Assembly (NCBI GenBank): GCA_041645325.1
Contig: JBAZQI010000001.1
Span: forward strand, 8,945-72,944
Origin: an archaeon
Lineage (GTDB): Archaea > Iainarchaeota > Iainarchaeia > Iainarchaeales > GCA-2688035
Reading direction: 5' to 3'
DNA length: 64,000 nt
Positions 36,748 to 45,658 of this stretch are shown here, piece after piece. A program made the position numbers and the translations under genes. Below the pieces are notes generated by a model, which was not told the DNA's origin, ran no database searches, and worked only from the letters and a program-made list of their open reading frames with translations. The first letter of the stretch is position 1. Each line of letters starts with the position of its first letter.

Positions 36748-37185
36748 ATGGTTATCAAGAATGAGAAGCGGAAAAACATAGCTGTTTTTGTCGACGGCCC
36801 GAACATCCTGCGCAAGGAGCTTGGCATTAACCTGGTTGACATAAAAAAGGTTTTGGAAAAATACGGCAACCTTAAGATTGCCAGGGTTTTCCTGAACCAG
36901 TTTGCCTCAAACAAGCTTGTTGAGGCTGTTGTCAACGAGGGATTTGAGACAGTGCTGACAGTGGGCGACATTGACGTTGCAATGGCCTGCGATGCTACTG
37001 AGGCAATTTTCAACAAGGCAATCCATTCCATTGCGTTTGTGACGCGTGACTCTGACTTTTTGCCTGCAATGATGAAGGCAAAGCGCTATGGCAAGCAGAC
37101 AATTGCGGTTATGGCTGAAGAGGCCTCGGCGGCAGCCTTAAAAAACACTGCCGATGTAGTAATTGTGCTGGGTGCATCAAAATGA
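36748..37185 (+). CDS. NYN/LabA-like (PIN-like) domain protein
   Basis: IAVFVDGPNI...TRDSDF motifs typical of the NYN fold. Confidence 0.6.
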   Translation: MVIKNEKRKNIAVFVDGPNILRKELGINLVDIKKVLEKYGNLKIARVFLNQFASNKLVEAVVNEGFETVLTVGDIDVAMACDATEAIFNKAIHSIAFVTRDSDFLPAMMKAKRYGKQTIAVMAEEASAAALKNTADVVIVLGASK

Positions 37186-37670
37186 ACATTCCTGTCGGAA
37201 CAATTGAAGAGCAAAGAAAGGCCTTTTCCGAGTCAAACCCTTTTGAAAAGCTTGCAGGGCTCTTGAGAACCGGTTTTGACGGTTACCTTATAGCCACAAT
37301 CGAGGGTGTTTCCGGCCTTGAAGAGGGCCTGCTTTTGATAAGGGACAAAGAAATCACGGGCGCGGTTTTTGAGGCGCTGCGCATCAACAAGCAGCTTTTT
37401 GGGCCAGAGGCATTGCGCCTTGTTTTCAACCTGCTAAGGGCAAAGAAAGGCGTTTTTGACGTGAACAGGCTCAGCAGGCAGCAGATTGATTTGATAATTG
37501 CCTTCAATGAAAAGCTTGTGCTTTCCAAGCCCTTGGATGAATCCTTGCTTTTGAAGCTTGAGCCGTCTTCCTACCAGCCTGCGCTTGTTTCAAAGGCGTT
37601 TGAAATAGAGCTTGAGTCAACGGATTCAAGGCACGGCCTTCTGGAGAAAATGGGGCTTGGGTCAATCTGA
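37182..37670 (+). CDS. hypothetical protein (possible roadblock/LC7-like fold)
   Basis: 162 aa. The GYLIATIEGVSGLEEGLLLIRD segment is weakly roadblock-like. Overlaps the NYN stop (ATGA). Confidence 0.4.
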   Translation: MNIPVGTIEEQRKAFSESNPFEKLAGLLRTGFDGYLIATIEGVSGLEEGLLLIRDKEITGAVFEALRINKQLFGPEALRLVFNLLRAKKGVFDVNRLSRQQIDLIIAFNEKLVLSKPLDESLLLKLEPSSYQPALVSKAFEIELESTDSRHGLLEKMGLGSI

Positions 37671-37788
37671 AACCAGGTGCAGTGGAAAAAAGGGGGCTGT
37701 GATGCTGTTTTTTAAAGGGCTTGGAGCAATCCGCCTTCTTTTTTAATTGGTTTCGCTGTTGCCAGTATTATATCGGTGGCTTTGAAAT

Positions 37789-38250
37789 ATGCGGGGTTTG
37801 AGTTATTTTTTCACGAGATTTGCGGCAAAGGTTCTTGATTTTGACCACACTTCCCTTCCCGAACAGCAGTTTGCAATGATTCAGGACATGCTTGCAAACG
37901 AAACAGTGCAGGTCAAGGGAAAGGATATGCAGGAGCTTTTGTCCTGCCTCAAAAGAAAGCACCTTGTCAACAGCATTACCATAAGAAGGCTCAGGGACGG
38001 CATTGTGTTCAGCAGCAACGGCAACGGCCAAGTCGAAAGCAATAACGCCTCGCAGATTGTCGACTTTGTAAACAAGACCTTTTCTTCCGCTGACCTTGTG
38101 ACAATGCGCACTGAAAAGGAATGGGTGATGCTTTTGCCTTTCAACGGCAGCATTTTTGTGGTAAAGGCAAACAGCGCCCTTTCCGGAATAGAGCTAAGGG
38201 CTCTTGCGCGCGAAACAGAGTCCTTGCTGAAAAAAAGGGCAATTGCCTGA
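37789..38250 (+). CDS. hypothetical protein
   Basis: 153-aa ORF upstream of MinD. Confidence 0.35.
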   Translation: MRGLSYFFTRFAAKVLDFDHTSLPEQQFAMIQDMLANETVQVKGKDMQELLSCLKRKHLVNSITIRRLRDGIVFSSNGNGQVESNNASQIVDFVNKTFSSADLVTMRTEKEWVMLLPFNGSIFVVKANSALSGIELRALARETESLLKKRAIA

Positions 38251-38315
38251 AAATGCCAAAAAGCAATATTTTTTAACATTAAAGGGCTATAATACCGCAA
38301 CAGGGTGATTGATTA

Positions 38316-39110
38316 ATGGGGAAAATAATAACAATTGCATCGGGAAAAGGCGGCGTTGGAAAAACAACGCTCACAGCAAACGTAGGCATAGCGCTTGCCC
38401 AAAAAAACTTCAAAGTGCTTCTCATTGACGCCGACATTGCAATGGCAAACCTGAGCCTGCTGCTTGGAATGCAGTCCTCGCCCATAACGCTCCATGATGT
38501 GCTCGTCGGAGAGAGCGATGTTGAAGACGCAATATACGAGGGGCCTGCGGGTGTCAACTTTATTCCAAGCGGCTTGAGCCTTGAATCCTACAGGCGCGTT
38601 GACACAGAGCGCCTTGAAGGCGTGGTAAGGAAGGTTGCGGCAAAGTACGATTTTGTGCTCCTTGACGCGCCTCCGGGAATAGAAAAAAACGTGATGTCCG
38701 CGCTTGCCGCGGCCGACGAAGTTCTCCTGATTACAATGCCCCTTTCCCCAAGCATTGCCGACATGCTCAAGACAAAGATTGTGAGCCAAAGGCTTGGCTC
38801 AAACCCGATTGGCATTGTGGTAAACTTCAGCACCGGCGAAAAAGGCGAAATAAGGAACGAGGACATAATGAAAATGCTTGAGCTGCCTGTTTACGGCACA
38901 ATCCCTTACGACCCGGAGGTAAGGCGGAGTTACATGCAGCAGAACGTGCAGCCTGTCATGATCAGAAAGCCCACAACCCCCGCCGCAATTGAAATGAGAA
39001 AGATTGCCGCAAGGATTGCGGGAGTGAAGGCGCAGGAGTTCCTTCAGGGCGCAAAGAAGCACGAAGGGTTTTTAAGCAGGTTGCTGGCAAAATTCAGAAA
39101 AGGCAAATGA
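38316..39110 (+). CDS. minD: MinD/ParA-family P-loop ATPase
   Basis: Deviant Walker A SGKGGVGKTT and a switch region; 264 aa. Confidence 0.85.
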   Translation: MGKIITIASGKGGVGKTTLTANVGIALAQKNFKVLLIDADIAMANLSLLLGMQSSPITLHDVLVGESDVEDAIYEGPAGVNFIPSGLSLESYRRVDTERLEGVVRKVAAKYDFVLLDAPPGIEKNVMSALAAADEVLLITMPLSPSIADMLKTKIVSQRLGSNPIGIVVNFSTGEKGEIRNEDIMKMLELPVYGTIPYDPEVRRSYMQQNVQPVMIRKPTTPAAIEMRKIAARIAGVKAQEFLQGAKKHEGFLSRLLAKFRKGK

Positions 39111-39133
39111 TTCTTGTAAGGGGGACCAATTTT

Positions 39134-39352
39134 ATGGCAAACAGACCATTTGACATGCTCAATGACGCATTGGGAAAAGAAGTACTCATTGTGCTCAAAG
39201 GAAACACGCTGGTAAGGGGAACGCTCAAGGCGTTTGACGTGCACCTCAACCTCGTGCTGGACAATGCGGAACAGCTGGAAAACGGCGAAACAAAAACAAA
39301 ATACGGCAAGCTCATGGTAAGAGGCGACAGCGTAGTCCTCATAAGCGCATAA
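39134..39352 (+). CDS. Sm-like archaeal protein (SmAP/LSm)
   Basis: Sm1/Sm2 motifs ...VLIVLKGNTLVRGTLKAFDVHLNLVLDNAEQL...MVRGDSVVLIS. Confidence 0.85.
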   Translation: MANRPFDMLNDALGKEVLIVLKGNTLVRGTLKAFDVHLNLVLDNAEQLENGETKTKYGKLMVRGDSVVLISA

Positions 39353-39355
39353 AAG

Positions 39356-39439
39356 AGCCGACACGTCCGGCTGGTACGAGCAAGGGCCCTATTTCGCTCC
39401 CTTTTGGTCGCTCAATAGGGCGGCTTCGCTGGCAAGTCC
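39356..39439 (+). repeat. family-2 repeat copy D (diverged 3' end)
   Basis: agccgacacgtccggctggtacgag ... central hairpin ccctatt/aataggg. Lies 4 nt after the Sm stop. Confidence 0.55.
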
Positions 39440-39541
39440 TTCTTCTTATGGGAAAAAAAACTTTGGAAAAAACCCGTGTTCAATGTCACGAGTTCACTTC
39501 GTTCGCATTTTTAACCTTTTCTTGAAACTATTTTTCATTAA

Positions 39542-39613
39542 GGGCCCTTGGTCTAGTGGTATGATGCTCGGTTGGCAATCGGGAGGTCGCGGGTTCAATT
39601 CCCGCAGGGTCCA
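39542..39613 (+). tRNA. tRNA-Ala(GGC)
   Basis: Acceptor GGGCCCT/AGGGTCC with the G3:U70 alanine identity pair. Anticodon loop TTGGCAA. T-arm GCGGG-TTCAATT-CCCGC. Discriminator A. Confidence 0.85.
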
Positions 39614-39639
39614 AAACCCATTGAGCCCAAGCGAAATGG

Positions 39640-39732
39640 GTTCTCCTGTGGCAGTTGTAATTTTCCAAAGGCTTTTGTGCAACAGCCTTTAACAAAGGCT
39701 GGCGAAAAATGCTTCGCGAGCACAAAAGGCTT
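39640..39732. repeat. AAGGCTTTT-family hairpin modules inside the insert downstream of tRNA-Ala
   Basis: ttccaaaggcttttgtgcaacagcctttaacaaaggctggcgaaaaatgcttcgcgagcacaaaaggctttt. Confidence 0.55.
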
Positions 39733-39754
39733 TTCAATTCCCGCAGGGTCCAAA
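39733..39754 (+). repeat. 22-bp duplicate of the tRNA-Ala 3' end (ttcaattcccgcagggtccaaa)
   Basis: Identical to 39594-39615. Lies 117 bp downstream of the tRNA. Confidence 0.75.
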
Positions 39755-39823
39755 GCCGCCACTGCCGGCTGGTCAGGGTACGATTGCCTTCGGCAATCCT
39801 ACAGGCTCGCTATTGCTCGCCAT
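39755..39823 (+). repeat. family-2 repeat copy B
   Basis: gccgccactgccggctggtcagg...gattgcc-ttc-ggcaatc...ggctcgctattgctcgcca. Confidence 0.6.
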
Positions 39824-39932
39824 TGTGCAAAGTGAAATGGTTTTTTTGCCAAAAGTGCCGCAAATTGGCTTTAATGTTGTTTTTGGCAGCTGACGAAAGC
39901 TTTTTTTAGGCGGTAGGCGTATTCTATTTGAA

Positions 39933-41597
39933 ATGGTTTCCAAAAAGGAGCTTCTTTTGAAGAGCATCCGCGAACTGCTCGCCTTGAACGTTTCCGACAA
40001 GGAAATAGCGATGAACCTCAAAGAGGTTGGCATTGACGAGGCCAATGCAAAAGCCCTTATTCTTGAGGCAAGGCAGCCAGAGGCGCCTGCGCAGGCCCAG
40101 GAGCCTGAGGCAAAGTCTGTTCCTTTCTTTGGCGGCTTTGGGCTGAAAAAAGAGGGCAAAAGCGTTTCGCCTGAAGAAGAGGCAAAAGAGGTTGTGGCTG
40201 AAAGGGAGCAGGCGACTGAAGACCTTGCTGCCGAATCCGTTGAGGGTGAAGAAGAGCCTGAAGGAGGGTCGGAAGAGATTGCGGAAGGCCTTGGCTTTTG
40301 GGACAAATCCGGGGAAAAAAAGCCGGCTAAGGGCAAGGCGGAAAAGAAAGCGCCTTTTGCCTCCGTTGAAACGCCGCCGCTTGGGATTTTTAAAAAAAAT
40401 TCCCTTGATTCGGAGGACGGGGCGGATGAAGCAGGCGAGGATGCCCCTGCAAGAAAAGAAAAGCCAAGCCTTGTCGAGGACATCCTGGTGAGCAAGCTTT
40501 GGGAGAAAGGAATTTTTGCAACCGTAAACCAGAAGCTTGCTGAAATGGAAGACCTCAGAAGGGACCTTGATGCTGTGCTTGACAAAAAGGTTGCGGATGC
40601 AAGCAAAAGGGAAATGGAAAAAATAAAGGTTTTGTTTGACAGCCAGCGCGCGCTTTTGGTGAGCAAGGTTGATTCCGAGCTTGAGGCAAAGGCAAAGGGC
40701 TTTGCGGAAATGATTGAGATGAAGCTCAGGGAAATGCGGGGCATAAACAAGCAGATTGCCTCCCAGATTGAAACAGTGAAGGAAATGGAGCGCGGCTCAA
40801 AGGTCAGTGCCGATGCCATTTCACAAAGGCTGGAGGAAGCCGACAAGCTCAAGGAACGCATTCTCTCCTCGCTGAACGGCGAGCTCATAAACACCAGGAG
40901 CGAAAGCAGGTCCCTTGTGGAGGAAATGGGCAAAAAGCTCGGTGACATGGATGAAAGGATAAACAAGACGCTGCAGCTTGAAAACCAGATTGTTGAAGGG
41001 CTTGTCAAGGAAGCCGAGCGCAGGGTTGTAGCCCTGCTTGAGGAAAAGTCCGCAGAGTTTTCAGCCGAAACCAAGAGTAGAATCGAGGATATTGGAAAAC
41101 TCAAGGATTCCTTCAAAGCGGCCCAAAAAGCCGAGTTTGCAGAGACCGAAGAGGGCATTGCCGCAAAGCTTTCCTTGTTTGAGGAAATGATTGGCAAAAA
41201 CGGCCGGGCCCAGAAGGCCGAGCTTGCAAAGGCGGAAGAGGGCATTGCCGCAAAGCTTTCCTTGTTTGAGGAAAGGGCTGACAAAAAGCTTGAGGCGCTG
41301 GACAAGCTGCAAAAGCAGATTTCCCTGGATTTCAAGCCTGAAAAATTCAGGCAGACAATGCAGGAGCTCAACGAGTTCAAGGCCCAGTTCGTTGACGCAA
41401 TAAAGCAGAACGCCGAAAGCTTCAACGAGGGAATAAAGAATCTGAACCAGCAAAGCCAGGTGATTGAAAGGCAGTTCATGTTACGTGCGGAAAAAATAGA
41501 CAAAAAGATTGCGGAACTCGATGCCTTTGAAAAAAGTTTCGCAAAAGAAATGGGCCTTGCAATAGAAAAAATCCCGAAAAAGGGCAGCGGGAAATAG
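39933..41597 (+). CDS. long coiled-coil protein with acidic N-terminal region and internal 29-aa tandem repeat
   Basis: 554 aa with predicted heptad-rich sequence. A 40-bp perfect DNA direct repeat at 41148-41187 and 41235-41274 encodes EEGIAAKLSLFEE. Confidence 0.55.
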   Translation: MVSKKELLLKSIRELLALNVSDKEIAMNLKEVGIDEANAKALILEARQPEAPAQAQEPEAKSVPFFGGFGLKKEGKSVSPEEEAKEVVAEREQATEDLAAESVEGEEEPEGGSEEIAEGLGFWDKSGEKKPAKGKAEKKAPFASVETPPLGIFKKNSLDSEDGADEAGEDAPARKEKPSLVEDILVSKLWEKGIFATVNQKLAEMEDLRRDLDAVLDKKVADASKREMEKIKVLFDSQRALLVSKVDSELEAKAKGFAEMIEMKLREMRGINKQIASQIETVKEMERGSKVSADAISQRLEEADKLKERILSSLNGELINTRSESRSLVEEMGKKLGDMDERINKTLQLENQIVEGLVKEAERRVVALLEEKSAEFSAETKSRIEDIGKLKDSFKAAQKAEFAETEEGIAAKLSLFEEMIGKNGRAQKAELAKAEEGIAAKLSLFEERADKKLEALDKLQKQISLDFKPEKFRQTMQELNEFKAQFVDAIKQNAESFNEGIKNLNQQSQVIERQFMLRAEKIDKKIAELDAFEKSFAKEMGLAIEKIPKKGSGK

Positions 41598-41608
41598 CCT
41601 GTTTTGAA

Positions 41609-41680
41609 TGGGCCCGGGGAGAATCGGACTCCCGATCTTATCCATGTCAAGGATACGTCATGCCACTAGACCACGAGCCC
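41609..41680 (-). tRNA. tRNA-Val(GAC)
   Basis: Minus strand reads GGGCTCG-TG-GTCT-AGTGGCA-TGAC-G-TATCC-TTGACAT-GGATA-AGATC-GGGAG-TCCGATT-CTCCC-CGGGCCC-A. Confidence 0.85.
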
Positions 41681-41712
41681 AGCAATAACAAAGGTTTCCT
41701 GAAAAACCTTAA

Positions 41713-42684
41713 TTAACCTTTCCCTGCAATCCTTTCAGCCATTTTGCATGCCTTGCATTCCTTTTCGCTTGATGGCTCGCCGCATTTTTCGCATGAAAAA
41801 AGCTCTTTTTTTCCAAGTTTCTCAAAGGCAAGCGGCTTGACCTGCTGGAAGAACCGCATTATGCTGAACATTGTTCCCGGATAGCTTGCCTCAAGGTGGT
41901 TCAATATGCCCCTGAAATCATTCCTTTTTGCCTGCCACTTGAACGGGCAGCATTGGCCTGAATAATGCATTATGCCTGCGAATTGCGCGAAGGAAATCAC
42001 TTCGTTTTCAGGGCAAAGGCAAAGCGGCTTTATCCTTGGGACCATTCCGCCAGTGCCAGGGCTTTTTGGCCCAAGCCTTGCAAAATGCAGCAGGTCGGCA
42101 TCGCAGACATTCATCAAAACGCTTTGGGCCTCGTCGTCAAGGTTGTGGCCTGTGGCAATCTTTGCAGCGCCCATTTTTTTTGCATGCTTGTTCAAAAGCT
42201 GCCTTCTTAGCACGCCGCAGTAAGCGCACGTGCTTCCAATCTCTTTTTTTGCGCCTGTTTTCCTCATCACATCAACCATTGTGAAGCCGAATTCTTCCGC
42301 AAAAGAAACTCTTGTGAAAGGCACCTTCCATTTTTTGCAGTTTTTTTCCGCAATGTCAAGCGCCTTGTCCCTGTAGCCCGAAATGCCCTCATCAACAAGC
42401 AATGCCTCTATCGGATTGCTTTTTCCGAAAATCTTTTTCAGGATGAACAGCGTTGTTCCCGAATCCTTGCCGCCGGAATAAGCGACAACGATTTTTTCCC
42501 TTCCTTCAACAAGCCTGTTTTCCCTTATTGTCCGCCTTACCCTCTTTTCAAAAAAATGCAAAAAGTGCTTTTTGCAAAAGCGGTGCGGGCCGTAAGAAAG
42601 GGAAATAACCGCTTTTTTCTTGCACTCAACGCACTTCTGCTGCATAACTGAAATGGGGCTGCAAAGGAATTTTAAAAGAAGCAT
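41713..42684 (-). CDS. PP-loop tRNA 2-thiolation protein (NcsA/TtuA/Ctu1-like)
   Basis: N-terminal CxxC...CxxH zinc finger, SGGKDS PP-loop, C-terminal CEKCGE...CKACK. Confidence 0.75.
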   Translation of the reverse strand: MLLLKFLCSPISVMQQKCVECKKKAVISLSYGPHRFCKKHFLHFFEKRVRRTIRENRLVEGREKIVVAYSGGKDSGTTLFILKKIFGKSNPIEALLVDEGISGYRDKALDIAEKNCKKWKVPFTRVSFAEEFGFTMVDVMRKTGAKKEIGSTCAYCGVLRRQLLNKHAKKMGAAKIATGHNLDDEAQSVLMNVCDADLLHFARLGPKSPGTGGMVPRIKPLCLCPENEVISFAQFAGIMHYSGQCCPFKWQAKRNDFRGILNHLEASYPGTMFSIMRFFQQVKPLAFEKLGKKELFSCEKCGEPSSEKECKACKMAERIAGKG

Positions 42685-42725
42685 TTGCGTATTTCGGAAA
42701 ATTTAAATATGGCAAAAATCATAAT

Positions 42726-44255
42726 GTGCATGGAATGAAAAGGATTTTTTTCGCACTATTTTTTTTCCTTATAATATTCAGCGCCTGCCATGCAGACGGC
42801 GGCATCATGCCAATGCCTGACTATGAGGACAGCGTTTTCATGCCGGAGCAAAAGGCAGTTATCATTTGGGATGGCTCAACAGAAGAGATGATACTTGAGT
42901 CAAAGATTACAACGGCGGATATTGCAAACTTTGCCTGGCTTATTCCAATTGAGTCAAGCACAAAGCCGGTTGTGGAGGCTGCGGACGAGCAGGTTTTCTT
43001 TGACCTGGCTGAACTGTTCAGGCCAAAGGAAAAGGACTTGGCAAGGGGAATTTTCCCCCAAGCCGGAACTCTGTCTGACAATGGAGGCGTTGAGGTCGTG
43101 GAAGAGCTTAAGGTTGACATTTATGACATTGCAATCCTCAAGGCAACAGATTCAGGCGCATTGATTGAATGGCTTAACGGCAATGGCTATTCTTTCCCAA
43201 GCGCTTTTCCAAACCTCCTTGACGAGTTTGTGCAGAAGGGCAATGTTTACTTCATTGCGAACAAGATAAACCTGCAGAACAAGTACCCTGGCTTGAATCC
43301 AACAAAGCAGGATTTTGAGTGCGCGCAGGCCATTGCCTCTGACCCCTGGTTGGGGCAAAGCTTTTATGGGAGCGTGGATGAAATTGCAGGGCGAATTGAA
43401 TATACCGGTATGATAGACGACCCTAGATGCGCTGGTGCGTCAGCGGAGCCAACGGCTGTGCTTGTTTCCCTCAGGCTTGGTATTGCAACGCCCCTGAAAA
43501 TAACTTTCACGCCAAGCAGGCCTTTTTATCCCATGAAACTAAGCAGCCTGAACTTGGGTGATGGCAAGGCCCTTGTTTACTTTGTTTCAGGCAAGGCGTT
43601 CAAGGACAGCACCGGCATTTTTTCTACAAAGAACATGCTTCAATTCCAGGGCGACTATCTTTCAGAGTATGGCATAAGCAATGGCGATTCAATAACTCTG
43701 CTTGAATGGCAGGGCAGTTACTCTTCTTTGGAGCAAGATTCTTTCTTTGAAGAAACGCCTTTTGTCCCGGAGCTTGACCCGAACTTTGTGCCGTTGCCTG
43801 AAATAACCGCAGAGTATGCTGTTGGCTTTGTGTTATTCTTTTTCTTCTTTTTTGTGCCACTTGCAATTCCATTGGTGCTGATTCCGTTCCTCTTCGGAAT
43901 GCTCATCAAATGGCTTTTGGATGAAAAAAAGAAGAAGAAAAGCTTTTTTGCAAAGTGGAATGGCCTGCCTTCCTGTGCATTGATTGCATTCTTTGCCCTG
44001 CTTGGGCCCCTGTATTTTGCGCTTATCTTTTCAATCGGTTTCCTTTACTCGACTACCTTGGAAGAAATTTTGAATGCTGTTTTTATTTTTGCTTTTATTT
44101 TCTTGCCCTATTATGCCTCGATGGCTTGTGGTTTCCTTTTCAAAAAAACAAGGCCTATGTTTAGGTTTGTACTGATTCCCCTTGCAGTTTACATTGCTTT
44201 CTTTGCGGTGCTGCTGTTATTCTCTGGCATTATTTTTGGGATTTGGCCTGATTAA
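42726..44255 (+). CDS. exported protein with signal peptide and C-terminal multi-TM anchor
   Basis: N-terminal hydrophobic leader ending in a cysteine (FSAC). Roughly 340-aa soluble region followed by 4 TM helices. Confidence 0.5.
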   Translation: MHGMKRIFFALFFFLIIFSACHADGGIMPMPDYEDSVFMPEQKAVIIWDGSTEEMILESKITTADIANFAWLIPIESSTKPVVEAADEQVFFDLAELFRPKEKDLARGIFPQAGTLSDNGGVEVVEELKVDIYDIAILKATDSGALIEWLNGNGYSFPSAFPNLLDEFVQKGNVYFIANKINLQNKYPGLNPTKQDFECAQAIASDPWLGQSFYGSVDEIAGRIEYTGMIDDPRCAGASAEPTAVLVSLRLGIATPLKITFTPSRPFYPMKLSSLNLGDGKALVYFVSGKAFKDSTGIFSTKNMLQFQGDYLSEYGISNGDSITLLEWQGSYSSLEQDSFFEETPFVPELDPNFVPLPEITAEYAVGFVLFFFFFFVPLAIPLVLIPFLFGMLIKWLLDEKKKKKSFFAKWNGLPSCALIAFFALLGPLYFALIFSIGFLYSTTLEEILNAVFIFAFIFLPYYASMACGFLFKKTRPMFRFVLIPLAVYIAFFAVLLLFSGIIFGIWPD

Positions 44256-44350
44256 AACTAACCTTTAAAAATGCTTGGGATTAACTAATCCTTATTGAAA
44301 AACCAGTCTTTAAATGCTTCTTTCAGGCTGTTTTTTTGAAGTGATTTTCA

Positions 44351-44956
44351 ATGGGCGCAGCAAAGCACATTCAGGAAACGTTCCAAAAGGAATTCAAGGG
44401 CCAAAAGGACGACTTGTTCAACTACAAGGCCTTGCAGAGCGAGCGCCTGATAGGCTTCAGGAAGGAAAAAAAATCCGTTGTGCGCCTGGAAAAGCCGACA
44501 AACATTGCCAGGGCAAGAACGCTTGGCTACAAGGCAAAAAAGGGCTTCGTTGTTGCAAGGGTCAGAATCAGAAAAGGAAGCGGCCTGCACAGAAGGCCTG
44601 TTTCGGGAAGAAGGCCAAAAAGAATGGGCACCCAAAAGCTCACAAGAAGGCAGAACATCCAGGCAATGGCCGAGCAAAGGGCAAGCAGGAAATTTGAAAA
44701 CTGTGAAGTGCTTAATTCTTATTACATTGGCGACGACGGCAAGATGCATTATTACGAGGTCATTCTTGTTGATACCTCAGCGCCGGAAATAAAATCCGAC
44801 AGGGAAATAAACTGGATTTGCGATCCAAACCAGAGGGGCAGGGCATTCAGGGGCCTGACAAGCAGGGGCAAGAAAAGCAGGGGCCTGCGCAGAAAAGGCA
44901 ACGGCGCGGAAAAAATCAGGCCTTCTTTGAGAGCGCACCACAGGCAAGCAAAATGA
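44351..44956 (+). CDS. rpl15e: 50S ribosomal protein L15e
   Basis: Basic 201 aa with L15e blocks (ARVRIRKGSGLHRRPVSGRRPKRMG...). Confidence 0.85.
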   Translation: MGAAKHIQETFQKEFKGQKDDLFNYKALQSERLIGFRKEKKSVVRLEKPTNIARARTLGYKAKKGFVVARVRIRKGSGLHRRPVSGRRPKRMGTQKLTRRQNIQAMAEQRASRKFENCEVLNSYYIGDDGKMHYYEVILVDTSAPEIKSDREINWICDPNQRGRAFRGLTSRGKKSRGLRRKGNGAEKIRPSLRAHHRQAK

Positions 44957-45004
44957 ATTGCCTCCTTTTTTAATCCTTTTTTTGCACTATTTTTCTTGGT
45001 TTGA

Positions 45005-45658
45005 ATGAATCTGCCGACGCGCGAACAATGCCTTGCATTGCTTGAAAAATACAATATTCCCAGGCACATTGTAAGGCACTCGCTTGCGGTTGAAAGGGTT
45101 GCGGTTTTTCTTGCAAAAAAATTCAACGAAGCAGGCATTCCAGTGGATGCCGGGCTTGTGAGCAGGGGCGCGCTCTTGCATGACATTGACAAGATTGAAA
45201 CCTTGAAAGAGGGCTTTGGGCACCTGCACGGCAAAATGGGCAGGGAAATCCTTGAAAAAGAGGGCTTTCCTGAAATCGGAAAAATTGCGGAGGCGCATCA
45301 TTTGGAAAGGGTGCTTTCTCTGAAGCCTTTTTTCCCGCGGGAAAAAAGCCTTGGGAAAAGTGCGCCTGTTGGCGCAAAGCCTTTTTTGCTTGGGCAAAAA
45401 AGCCTTGGGAAAAGTGCGCCTGTTGGCGCAAAGCCTTTTGACTGCTGGGAGGAAAAGATTGTTTATTATGCCGACAAGCGCGTCAACCACGACAAAATTG
45501 TTTCCCTTGACGAGCGTTTTGATTATTTGCTCAAAAGATATGGCATTGAAAAGGGCATTCGCCGCACATTCCTGCATTGCAAACCTCTTGTGGAAAAGCT
45601 TGAAAAGGAGATTTTCTCAAAAATAGATGCAGGTCCTGAATTGGAGGGATTGTCTTGA
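45005..45658 (+). CDS. HD-domain phosphohydrolase carrying an in-frame repeat-element insertion
   Basis: H..HD..K metal motifs (RHSLAVE, LLHDIDK, YYADKRVNHD). Residues encoded by 45323-45440 (KSLGKSAPVGAKPF, twice) derive from the AAGCCTTGGGAAAA repeat. Confidence 0.7.
   Translation: MNLPTREQCLALLEKYNIPRHIVRHSLAVERVAVFLAKKFNEAGIPVDAGLVSRGALLHDIDKIETLKEGFGHLHGKMGREILEKEGFPEIGKIAEAHHLERVLSLKPFFPREKSLGKSAPVGAKPFLLGQKSLGKSAPVGAKPFDCWEEKIVYYADKRVNHDKIVSLDERFDYLLKRYGIEKGIRRTFLHCKPLVEKLEKEIFSKIDAGPELEGLS
45323..45440 (+). repeat. two tandem partial copies of AAGCCTTGGGAAAA-GTGCGCCTGTTGGCGCAAAGCCTTTT module, in-frame within the HD gene
   Basis: Direct sequence repeat with ttttcccgcgggaaaa and gcgcctgttggcgc palindromes. 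Confidence 0.75.

Noticed and set aside
39773-41650. 625-aa minus-strand ORF
   Set aside because: Serine-rich low-complexity translation antisense to the coiled-coil gene 39933..41597. It is an artefact of that gene's repetitive GAA/GCA-rich codons.
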